A DNA stretch of 63,680 nt, filler included, from Octopus bimaculoides (taxonomy: Eukaryota): NCBI RefSeq assembly GCF_001194135.2. It is 5 parts of 5 records of this genome, joined end to end, with 100 filler letters (N's around TTAATTAATTAA, not from the genome) between each part and the next. Parts side by side here need not be neighbours in the genome. Positions count along the whole stretch, not along the records: positions 34,249 to 62,543 come from NC_068982.1; 4 more parts are not named here. One strand, 5' to 3'. Positions within the stretch are counted from its first letter, which is position 1; each line of letters begins with the position of its first letter. This document shows, piece by piece, positions 38,828 to 51,067 of this stretch. The position numbers and the translations under genes are program-made. Under the pieces are notes generated by a model. The model was given only the letters and a program-made list of their open reading frames with translations, was not told where the DNA came from and ran no database searches.

Positions 38828-40921
38828 GTAAGTAAATAAGGAATCTTTAGTTATAACTCCTATGTTTGCATTACGTTTACATCCTTACTTCTATTAACAT
38901 TGTGTCACTTGACTTCTTTCTTTCTTCAAAACCTTAATTTTAATCTTATATATAAATTTTGCGGTTGCTTATTTTTGTTTATATATATATATATATATAT
39001 ATATATGCTGCGTGAAAAAGTGCCACACCCTAACAGTTGAGGGAACCCGTGGAAGAGGTAGGNNNNNNNNNNNNNNNNNNNNNNNNNNNNNNNNNNNNNN
39101 NNNNNNNNNNNNNNNNNNNNNNNNNNNNNNNNNNNNNNNNNNNNNNNNNNNNNNNNNNNNNNNNNNNNNNNNNNNNNNNNNNNNNNNNNNNNNNNNNNNN
39201 NNNNNNNNNNNNNNNNNNNNNNNNNNNNNNNNNNNNNNNNNNNNNNNNNNNNNNNNNNNNNNNNNNNNNNNNNNNNNNNNNNNNNNNNNNNNNNNNNNNN
39301 NNNNNNNNNNNNNNNNNNNTTTCTAGCGAGATCGTTGCGAGTGCCCCTGGACTGGCTCTTGTGCGGGTGGCACATAAAATACACCATTTTGAGCATGACT
39401 GACCTTCGTGCTGGTAGCACGTAAAAGCACCCACTACACTCTCTGAGTGGTTGGTGTTAGGAAGGGCATCCAGCTGTAGAAACTCTGCCAAATCAGATTG
39501 GAGCCTGGTGTAGCCATCTGGTTTCATCAGTCCTCAGTCAAATCGTCCAACCCATGCTAGCATGGAAAGCGGACGTTAAACGTAAATGATGATGATGATG
39601 ATGATGATGATATATATATATATATATTAGTTCTACCAGAACTAGAGATCCTAGCAAAAAACCAAAGTCTTAATAAGTAGTAAGGCTGACAAATCACAAA
39701 CCCCTTCAGGTAGATGGCCCTGCTCAATCTGTAGAAAAAACATGGGCAGAAACTCCATATGATTTACTCTGTGTAAGCTATGGACACATAAAAAGTGCAG
39801 CAATATCAAAGGAAGGTTAACCAGGAAGATAGCTTTTGTGTGTAGCAGATGCACAGGGGCAATAAACGCTGAAGATGTACAGAAAACAGATTCCATCACA
39901 TGCCAGGGGGAAAAACTAGAAGTAGTTGATAACTCCCTTAGTTAATTTTAAACCTTATTTCAAACTTTTTGAGTAATATTCGAATTGGAGAAAGTGAGCA
40001 TTTCTTACCCCAACTATAATTATAAATATTATTTTCCTTCAATAATTTTTTAGTCATCATCATCATCATCATCGTCATCTTGAACATCAACATCGTTTTA
40101 CATTCATTTTCTCATGCTTGCATAAACAGGTTGGACAGGTTTTCTTCAATACAGCTTCTCAGCTCTTTTGATGTGATCATCTACTTTGTGAGGTTCAGCA
40201 TCCTGAAATTAGCTTTCACCACTTTTTCCCATACCATCTTTGATTGTCCTTTTTCATAGGTTCCTTCCACTTAGATCACTTGGCACTTTATGCAACTGAC
40301 ATCTTCATACATGTCATATGCTTATTCTATTCCAAGCCTCTCTTTCACATTATACCTTTTATACCCAGTTTTTCTTTCAGCCCAATTGCACTCCATGATT
40401 AATGCACAACCAGCAGAGCGTGCTCACTTCATTTCTTTCCAGTCTCCTCATATTCTTAACATTCTTACATTGGCATGAAGTCGAAAATTATAAGGGAGTG
40501 TATATTGGAGTCAATTAATGCCATTACATGACTATTGCTTACATTACTTTTTATCCCTTCAGAATCATGTAAAATCTTGTGACATTTAAACTCATAATAT
40601 AAAGAGGTGTTTTTAAATATCATAAGGAAGGAAAATAGATGGTAGAACCAGAGTTTATGGCTATTTTGTTAATGTTCTACTTCCAAGTTATACCACTATC
40701 AACTTTACCTCAATCCTTCCATAATTTTTAACAAAACGTTATGTTTGTTATCTCACAAAATTATTGTAGTTGTTTTAATATCATAAATTTGGTTATTGAT
40801 GTCATTATTGAAATCCTTATAGCATCAGTTGTAAGATTCAAAGATGTTTCTGGGTTGTGAAGGTTATGATGTTCGGTTTTATAACTGTTTATATAGTTAA
40901 TCCTTTCCCTTGTCTTTACAG

Positions 40922-41050
40922 GTGAGCAATGCAACAACTGACCGACAACATGCTGACCTTGTCCTTGAACAATATGTTACCACTATAATTACTAGTATCA
41001 TCACAACATTTTTTAATTCTCCTTTCTCTGATCAAAGTACTACTGTTCAA
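40922..41050 (+). CDS. ITPR: IP3 receptor internal exon: [19 protein letters not shown]...[11 protein letters not shown]
   Basis: CAG/GTAAG, phase 0-0. Confidence 0.96.
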
Positions 41051-41740
41051 GTAAGGCTTCAATTTTTGTCTTTGATTTGATTTTATTTTATTGCTTTTTT
41101 TTCCTTGGCATTTTAATCAAATAAAATAAGTAACTGTGTTTGACATTCAAAAGTTTCAAAGTCAAGATGTTAGATGTCGAAAAACTAATTAAAACATTTT
41201 CTACTCCTGAAATTTCTTTGTGTTCATAATCAAGATATATTACCTGTTTTCATCGATCTGCTTTAAAATATATAACATAGGTAAGCTGTATTATCTAACT
41301 ACTGCCATCCTTCATCAGCCTAGCTGCCTAAAGTTTAAAATATATGATATAGAGAAGAAATACTATCTACTTGTTTGTCAGTCTAACTGAAAATATAACA
41401 TGCGTAAGAAGTATCATCTAACTACCTCCATCAGCTCAGCTGAAAATATATTTTTTCTTTTAAACACCAGAATGGTTGGCATTAATAAACTAAAAGAAAT
41501 CAAATTAAAGAACAACATCCTGTGTCAAATCAACCAAAGTATAAATAATAGAGAGTAAAAGGTTTACAAGTTATCTTTTTTTTTTTAACTGTAACACTTA
41601 CTGTAGAAATAATTTAGCTTCTTAAAGTTTTATAGTTCTATGTTGTAATTGTCAGATACTTTGTGAAATACAAATTTCACTGAAACGCTTCAATATTTAT
41701 TATCAATTATATCACGAAATACATCTTTTTTATTCAATAG

Positions 41741-41861
41741 ACAAGGCAACCTGTGTTTATAAAACTACTTCAGGGTGTATACCGATTGTCCCAATGTTTG
41801 TGGCTGAACGGTGTGCAACGATATAATGTTGAAAATTGCATCAAAACTCTTGCTGATATTG
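41741..41861 (+). CDS. ITPR: IP3 receptor internal exon: TRQPVFIKLLQGVYRL...CIKTLADI
   Basis: TAG/GTGAG, phase 0-1. Confidence 0.96.
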
Positions 41862-42694
41862 GTGAGATATTTTTCGTTTATACACATCTTTTCCTTTGCT
41901 GTTAATACCTAGAATGTTACCATATAAATATATAACTATGCTAAGGTATGACTATAATACCAAGTTACTCTGTTACTATCTGTGATATTAGTATACCATG
42001 CTAGTACTATCCAACTATATTATCTATGTCTAGTGCTTGTACAAAAATATGCCAGTATGGTACTATCCAATCATTACCATTCCACTGTTACTGACTAGCA
42101 CATCACTACACCAGTATGTTGCTGTTCGACTATATTACTATTTCTCTCTATTACTATCTGTAGTGTTAGTATACTACTATGATACTATACAATTATATTA
42201 CAGTCTATGTCCAACATATATATCACTACACCAATTTAGTGCTGCATAAGTACATCACTGAACTGTTCAGTAATGTACTTATGCAACACTTCCATCTTTA
42301 TTCAGTCAATGAGACAGTTTTTATTTTTCACATTCTTTACAAACATAATTGTATTATTTTCATGGCATACTTTGTTATACATTGCTTCAGATCTGTGTGC
42401 TGTGCTTCACTATTTAAGAACTACTGAAATAGAATGCCAGTATACTGCTATAAATTACACCTCTCTACCACTGTACTACTCTCTGTTTGCTACTCTATCA
42501 CTCTTGTATATTGCTATATAACTATGTTAGCATGGCAGTATTACTATGTCACTGGGCTATTTGTTATCTTCTACATTATATATCACTACATTGTATATAG
42601 CTTTATAACCACTTTGTATCACAATGTCATAAATACGTATATCACTATCTCACCATATCTCATATGATAATGCTGCATTATCATTTTACGATTA

Positions 42695-43572
42695 CGAAGT
42701 AGTATCAAAAAGTTCTCAGATTAGTTATGTTTAATGAAGTTTTATCATCATCTCCTTTGAAATAGTCACCTTGTGCAGCAATACACCGGTCCCAGTGTTC
42801 CTGCCACTTTTGGAATCTGGCCTGGAAGTCATTTTCCGTAAGCAAGCCAAGGACCTTCTGCAATTCACTCTGGATCGGGACAGTGGTGTTAAAACAGAAA
42901 CCTTTGAGCTGCATTTGCATCTTGGAGAAGAGATGGAAGTTTGCAGGTGCTAAATCTGGTGACCAGGGTGGGTGCAGAAGAAATACCAAGTTGTTTTTGG
43001 TGAAAAACTTATGAGTGAGGAGCGTTCAGTGTCAGGGTGCATTGTTGTCATGAACAATCTGATTATTTACACTCCACAGATCTGGTTGCTTTTGTCGAAT
43101 GTCCTCCCTTAAATGCTTTAAAATGTCATTGATTGTCCTTCGACAATCTTCATGCACAAGCTGATAAATTTTCTCCACATTTCCAAGGATGACGCTCATG
43201 GCAGGTCTTCCAGGGACATTCTTCCACTTTTGAAGTGCCCACGCCACTCAAAACATTGCATACAACCCGTTGCCTCATCGCTGTAAGCTTGCCGAAGCAT
43301 GCTCAATGTCTCTGTTGCAGACTTCCCAAGTTTAATGCAAAATTTCACGTTGGCTCTTTGTTCCAACTTCCTGTCCGTGACAAAATTGCAGACTACAGCA
43401 TACATGTGATCACAAAAACACAAATTTCACAACTTGTGATGTAAACATGGCAATATCACTCGGCACACTGCCTCATGAAGGTCACTGCTAGCTCTCACTG
43501 TGCATGTAATTGTGTGCTGCCATCTGTAGGCATGCTACAGAACTAATCTGGAAACATTTTGATACCACCTTG
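42695..43572 (-). mobile_element. Internally deleted mariner transposon (878 bp)
   Basis: TA-flanked ~32-bp TIRs (CGAAGTAGTATCAAAAAGTTCTCAGATTAGTT / CAAGGTGGTATCAAAATGTTTCCAGATTAGTT); peptides EQRANVKFCIKLGKSATET, HDNNAP, HPPWSPDLAPANF, FQKWQEHWDRCIAAQGDYF. Confidence 0.92.
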
Positions 43573-43918
43573 TATGTTGCTATATTACTAAGTTGTTATA
43601 TCTCTATATTATCAGGCTATTATGTACCTATGTTGCTATATCATTATAATACATTATTACTACGTCACTAAGCAACAAAGTCTCTGTCCAATGCTATTGC
43701 ATCACTATATTTATATATTGTAAATATCATGTCATCTAATGTAGCTTCAGGTAAACCCATGTGAATGAAATTGGCTAAGTGAAAACTAAGGAAATCCGTC
43801 AGATGGACTATTCCTGATATCGGATGGTAGACTTAATCTTTCATTCATTTTAACACTATCATCTTTCTCTTGAATACCTTCAGCTGAGTATACTCTCTTA
43901 CAAGTATTCAGAACAAGT

Positions 43919-43991
<73 letters not shown>

Positions 43992-44848
43992 GTTCAACGT
44001 CTGTTGTCCATGCTGGCATGGGTTGGACCATTTGACCAGAGCTGGCAAGCTTGAAGGGCTGTACCAGGCTCCAGTCTGATTTGGCATGGTTTCTATGGCT
44101 GTATGTCACAGAGTGTGCCAGGTGCTTTTACATGGCACTGCACAGGTGCTTTTATGTGATACCACATGGGTGCTTTTACATGGCTTTTTACATGACACCG
44201 GCACAGGACTCTTGCTGGTCAATCCTCACCACCAGGGAGACTGGTTTTAACACTTCTGCTGCATGATGCTAATTCTATATTTTGATGTGTTGCTTCCTGC
44301 TTCAGCAAAACATGAATCATAGTTTTTCCCTCCCTTCAGTCTCAGAGGTCTGAAAACTTCATTCCTCTGATAAGGCCATAAATTTCTTTACTTTAAAAAA
44401 CAAAATATATAAATATGTTCATGTCACTCTGTTACTATGATACAATATCACTCAGTCCTGATGGTACTATGTTCCTATGTTACTATACCACAATGCTAGT
44501 GTATCAGTATGGCATTATACCGCCACTATGACTGCACTATATTGCTACATCACTATTTTACCATATACCACTGCCATTATGTCATGACACGGCAATCAAC
44601 CAACCTCTATTATGCCTCTAAGCCTCTATTGAAAATACTTATGAAATCTGAAATTTCTGTACTAGTTATTGCTAATTATAACTATATTATTATATTATTA
44701 CGGTAAGTTATCAACCACCACCCATCTTTTATTTTCTCACTTAGACCATATTACAGACAATGTAAGCTTTCACTGATTAAAATAAAGGACTACCCATCCA
44801 CCTTTCTTATTAATTTTTCACACCTTTTTCTACTGATTTTTGTTACAG

Positions 44849-45027
44849 CAAAGAACCGGAGCATTGCAATTCCTGTTGATTTAGCCACACAAGTAAAGAA
44901 TTTGTTTGAGAAGTCTCAGATTGTCATGAAACACACCAAGCATTGGATAGCTACTGGCAGAAAACGAGAGTCTCTTCATTCAAGTACTGTGTCCCGTGAT
45001 TATAGAGTCATCATTGAAGGTTTACAG
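44849..45027 (+). CDS. ITPR: IP3 receptor internal exon: (A)KNRSIAIPVDL...GRKRES...SRDYRVIIEGLQ
   Basis: CAG/GTGAG, phase 1-0. Confidence 0.96.
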
Positions 45028-46758
45028 GTGAGTGAGTTCCTGACCTTCTCATATGTATCGTTAGTCACTTTTTGCAAATATTCCTTGCTTCAGTTCTGTT
45101 TTGCGTTTTATTTCTTATTTATTTATCCAGTATTTTTATACCCATGGTTATATTTTTATTATACTTATTACACCTGAGTATTCTGCCTACTGCTTGTCAT
45201 GAAAGCTGTTTTTCTTCCATCAGCAAAATTATGGCAAACAGAGTTAAGTATTCTGCACAAAAGGTATAAGATTTAAACTTATAACTATATGAAGATATTC
45301 TTTGATACCTTGGCCATAGTCAGGTGACTTTTTAGTTTTCTATATTTACTTTAATGTCTTTTGTTATCTGCTATTATTCATTTTCTCTGCTGGTTAGTTA
45401 AGGATTGGCTGAATTTGATTTTGGTACTAGAAATTTACAAATAGGTTGTTTGAGTGTATTACATCTTGAGACAGTGTGTATTACAATATCTTGTTCAAGA
45501 GCAACAAAAGCAGTATTAATGATCAAATATGAAATTCTGATTAATAATCTAAACCTTTAATCGATGACTATCATCAATTGAAAACATTTTTTCACTATAC
45601 CAGTAGACTTTCAAAATATTTATATCTGTGTATGCAAAAATGTCTACCCTGGGTGAGAAGTATAAAAGACAAAAACCAGACACAAACACATAAAATTTAA
45701 AAAACAGGGCATTAACAAAAGAATTTTTTTTTTCTTTATTGTCAAATGAAAATAAGAAGTAGATTGTCTAAGAACAAGAGTTCATATAAACAGAATGGAA
45801 AAAGGAAGAGATTAGCATGAACAGTCATTACAAAACAAAATAGTAAAACAAGGCCTAAATGAAATGATTCCTTTCATTTGATGTCAACTAAACATTTTCC
45901 TTGGTTTTGAACACCTTCTGATGAGACTATGTTTAGCAGTGTTTGATAGCAACTGTGGCTATTATGACACTATCATTGATAGATATTACAGAACATGACG
46001 ATAAAATAAGCAAATGAGGATGAAGCACAAGACATGTGAATAGTCTTTTGACACAAGAAGGACAAACAAGAAGTGTAAATATTCTTATGACCAAGACAGA
46101 ACAAGTGTCAAGAGAAAAATATAGTGAAACCTTTCACCGAGGGAATAGAAAATAACAGAAAAGAGAAGACATCTGAACTGGGTGGTGTTCAAACAGTTAA
46201 TGACAGAAAGCTGGAAGAAAAAATAGGAAGAGAGAAGTGAGTTGCCTTATTTGCAAATACAATCCTGAATAGGGGCAAAACTTAAACAAAACTGACATAA
46301 AAAATTTGACTCTACTTTTAGTATTGAGTCTTCTCATCAGTAAATGTACTATTATCATTCTTAAGATTGCTTTAAAAGGATAACTTTCTTGAAGTGATTA
46401 CAACTGAGATGCATTTCATCATGCCATACCAGTTTTATGTTGTGTGCCTCTGCCAACAACATCAATGGAATTGAGTGGTCTTTGTCATCTGCTAGAATGT
46501 CAAAATCTCAAAAATATGGCATTCAATATGGTCTGGTCTTGAACACAGTAGCTATGGCCAGCAAGGCCTGCCTTGCATTGAGCAACAATAGCAGAGGTGA
46601 TTGGAATATGTCTATAAATCTTCTCTTTAGCCTTGTATTCATGCTATGAAATGTTTTATAACCCTCAAGAGAAACTTGTATCATATGATGTGATTCCAGC
46701 TATTCCAGACCTGCTGAAATGGACTGAACTTCTCATATGGCTATTTGCTTGCATGCAT

Positions 46759-46818
<60 letters not shown>

Positions 46819-47000
46819 AATGGGTGTACATAAATGCATCTACACATATTTCTATGCATTATGAGTAAGATGAAATCTTTGAATTAATACCTAGATTGAA
46901 ACTGCTCTCATCTATAAACTTACTATACATTAAAAAAAAAAAAATGGTAAGCATGGGTTTATTAACCTTTCATGCAGAAATGACATCTTTTAAATTACAG

Positions 47001-47149
47001 GAAATTGTAGCTCTTCTGGAAGAACAGCTGAAACCTTTAGTCCAAGCTGAGATGTCTGTGCTTGTTGACGTCCTTCACCATCCCGAGCTCTTGTTTGTTC
47101 ATGGAACAGAAGCTCGTATCAAATGTGAAAGTGGAGGTTTTATTTCTAG
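47001..47149 (+). CDS. ITPR: IP3 receptor internal exon: [26 protein letters not shown]...KCESGGFIS
   Basis: CAG/GTATG, phase 0-2. Confidence 0.97.
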
Positions 47150-49023
47150 GTATGTTTCTGATTCTGTCATTTTTCTTTTATCAATCTCTTAACATATTTA
47201 TATTCATATAACTTTATTTCTATTTGTTCATCTACAGCTATATATGTGTCTAGTTATCAGTTTCTATGTGGCTATCTCTATCAGTCATGCACCATTTTAA
47301 AAAAAATTGCCAAGAATTTCTACATGGTAGTACAATTTTAATTGTTGTTTAACCCCAGCTCAATTGTTATTCAGAGAATATATAAACATATTCATTCCAG
47401 CTATGAACATCCTAACTTTCTTTCAGATATAGTATATCTAGGGCCATATCCTATGTGTTCTGCCTCCTTTTTAGGACAATATAGTATGGTTTGAGGAAAA
47501 TTTGACTGCCATTTCTAGCAGATTGATTAACCACATAGAGGTGTCATAGTTAGCTTGCAGTTTTGATAGATACGTTTGAGAATGTAGTGTAAGTATTTCA
47601 GTGAATGATTCATTTCGTTGTTTGACCTTCATCTTACTTCCATACACAACACAAGGTTTTCAATGAAATCTCATTTGTGTGGTGTATTTATTTTAATAGT
47701 TTAATCAAAGAAACAAGGGCATAATACCTTTTGCTGGGTCTCTGTGAGGGTTAGGGAAAAGAGGAAAATATCCTCACACCAGAGACCTTACCAAAATCTT
47801 GCAGCTGAGTAGAGATACCCAAAGGCCAAGTGATGCTGTTAAATTGGCCAATGGATTAAGTTTACCACACAAGAATTGGAACAGTTCCTCATACAAGCTT
47901 CTACACACTTTACCTCTACAATGTTTTACTTGTAGAACTTTGGTTGACCTGAGAATATCATACAAGACACTTACCCAAGTTGCTGTATAGTAGCATTGAA
48001 CTCAGAACCAATTGGTTGCAAAACAATTTGTTTTACTTGTAAGTTTTCAATAGATTGAATCAACAGCCAAGCTTCAGTTCCTAATTAGCACTGCTTCTAT
48101 AGTGATATCGATTAAGTGACGTCCTATAATTTAATAAGCATGAGAGAAAAAGGGGGTCACTATTGTGTACGTAATGACAAGAAAATAAGAATTTGCGAGA
48201 TGTTTGTAATACGTCATAACATATTTATTACTAGAGGTAATGCGTTAACATATAAGGTTAATTGAAGGAAAGCTTGTAACATCACATGAACATCTTTTTT
48301 TGCAGCCACATCTCCATGTAAATAAGGCAAATGTACGTGCGTGCAAGTGCATATGCGAGTGGCCTGACTCAATGCTTGTCTTTGAATCGATGTATGGCGC
48401 AAATTTAGAAATATATTCCTTTATATAAGAGATGAACTGGAAGCTTTTAGAATGTTCAAGAACTTTCTAGAAGGTTGAGGGAGATTACTCTCGTTAAATC
48501 CCTTTTTCGTTTTGCTTTCCTGTTTGACTTCCAAGGTTCACCACACTTCTCTTTTATTAATATTTATAAGGAAAGCTTTTAATGTCGCAGAATCCTTTTG
48601 TTTTTAACAAACAAAATGTATCTGATATTAACGTGTATTAAATTGTTTTAGGTTATTTCTAGTTGAATGCTATTATTTATGGAGATCAAATTGATCATAC
48701 ATTTTACACTTCTGTTTCAGTTGGTTTTGGTTGTCAATAAAATGTTTCTCCATTTACATATATATCCTCTGTCCAATACCAATTTAGTCTTGTAACAAGA
48801 ATTGTAACAAGAATAGGACAAAAATCTCTAATTGGAGCCAAACTGGCCCATCTCTAATTAGTTCATTTTTGTTAGTAAAGTGTTTCTCAAAGCATGTAGA
48901 CATTAGAGGAATATGTATCAATTAAACAAACTAAAACCAGAAAGTTGGATCCAGTTTAGTTCATTACTGATCCACAGTCAATTATCCAAAAAATCACATT
49001 GACCGCTTATTATAATTTTTCAG

Positions 49024-49135
49024 ACTGATCAAGCACACAGAACGTTTACTGGAGGAGAAAGAGGAAAGATTATGTATCAAGGTACTTCAAACTTTGAAAA
49101 AAATGATGACTGTCGATATTGATTATGGGGAAAAG
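49024..49135 (+). CDS. ITPR: IP3 receptor internal exon: (R)[37 protein letters not shown]
   Basis: CAG/GTAAC, phase 2-0; ends at YGEK, the boundary that precedes the SII region in vertebrate ITPR1. Confidence 0.96.
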
Positions 49136-49505
49136 GTAACAATATGTTTTATATTATTTATCTATTTTACATAGTCAGCAATATATCATTTTTTTTTTGT
49201 TTTTTCAACATACCAAAGTATCCATGAAACATTCCATACTTTATGGTATACAAAATACCAGGAATGATGGACTATTGCATTGCAAATCTTATTATCTTGG
49301 ATGATTCCATCAGCATACTATGTCAGCTAAAGCCATTTTTAAAAGTCTTCAATTGCCTTTATTAGTCACTTATATTGTCTATATATGTCTGGAAAACAAT
49401 TACATTACTAACACATACTGTCTGTCAAAAAACTTATATAGACTTTGATTTTGTATAGACTGAGAATTAATAATTTTTCATCACTTTCTTCTTTATTTAG
49501 GAATT

Positions 49506-51067
49506 AAGGTATGTTATACACATTCGGTATATAGCCATAAGATTCATATTTCATGTTCTTTTTTCAGTGTGCTCAAAATTATACATTTAATCAGCCATAA
49601 CTCTACTACTGTCATTTTCTTTCCTTGGATGGTCTTATATCATGTTCAAATTTCTTTGAATGACTGAACAGTATTTTTACAAAGTAAAGTCGATATAGAA
49701 TCGATGAGTATAGTTTTCAAACAATATTGATTTCAATTTAAAGTCAATTATATTTAATAATCTCAATTGTTGACAATAAAATTGTACTTAATCTATTAGC
49801 AATAGAAATTGTGAAGGAGCTTTTTACTCAAGCATTTCATCATTACAGGAGCTTAAGTTTGAATATATCTTACAATTTATTTATCATATTTGATAGCAAT
49901 TTCAGGTTAATGGTGGTGGGTGTATTTAGAAAGCTCTGCTTAACCAAAATAGTAGCTTGAAATAATAACCGATATAAAATAGCTGGTGACAGGAATAATA
50001 GCCAATTTAATAATAGCTGGTGACATGCATATCCTGAAGATGCAGTTTGATTAATTGGTTGTCAAGTCACAAGTACAGTTTTGTATTTTGTGCCTGGTCA
50101 GCAACAATTGAGTTGACCTGTGATTACAGATGTTTCAGCTGTGACTATCCTACATTTCATTCAGATTATACCTCAGACAATATTTTATCCAATGTGTCCT
50201 GCCTTTTTAAAGATAGCAGGTTACAATATATGGAAGAATTTGGTATTTCTAGCAGGACCAATAACTATTTAGAGCCTCCCACATTAGCTCATAACAAGTA
50301 ATTATAAGTGCGGTCGGAGTTCTTTCGTTTTTGTTGAGCTGCATCTAAAATCATCAAACATGTCACCCCTAATATGTATTTGTCAAAGAATTAACTAAAT
50401 CTCTAGTAATATTCTAAGGGTGATTCAATTGCTGATGGATGTAATGTAGAGATTCATTGAGTTTATGAAAAGGATAATATAGAGAACTTAATTATGTCTA
50501 GCTCAGTGCTGAGGAAGTTGGCTTGGGTCAGATTTATTTAATGGTAATATGTAAAACCTTGTTTCTAAGCCTATTAGTCATATGTAGGTTGGACTCGTAT
50601 AATTTTAGTTGTCTATCAATGTAGCACAAACCTTCACCTATACCCATGAAATGGGTCCTCAGGCTGTGTAGAATACGCAATCTAATATGATCACTAAGTT
50701 CCACAGAGCCATTTGCCCACATGCTAAATGGATCCAAATAGATCCATAGTGAAGTACCATGATTTTTCTAGCATGTAAAATGATTTCAATGTCACCATCA
50801 TATGTAGAAGTGAAGGGTTTGGCACTTGTATGCTCCATTAATTAATGATTCATTAATAAGTGCATAGTAGTTCTCTAATGCACTTATAACTGAACTCAAG
50901 ATTATCAAAGCACTTATTTGAATAATACAATTTAATATAAATTTGATTGTGATATGAAGGGTGATATTAAAAAAATGTGAAGGTATGTTATACACATTCG
51001 GTATATAGCCATAAGATTCATATTTCATGTTCTTTTTTCAGTGTGCTCAAAATTATACATTTAATCA
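49506..51067 (+). repeat. Perfect 88-bp direct repeat (49506-49593 and 50980-51067)
   Basis: Both copies read aaggtatgttatacacattcgg...ttttttcagtgtgctcaaaattatacatttaatca with no mismatch. Confidence 0.9.
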
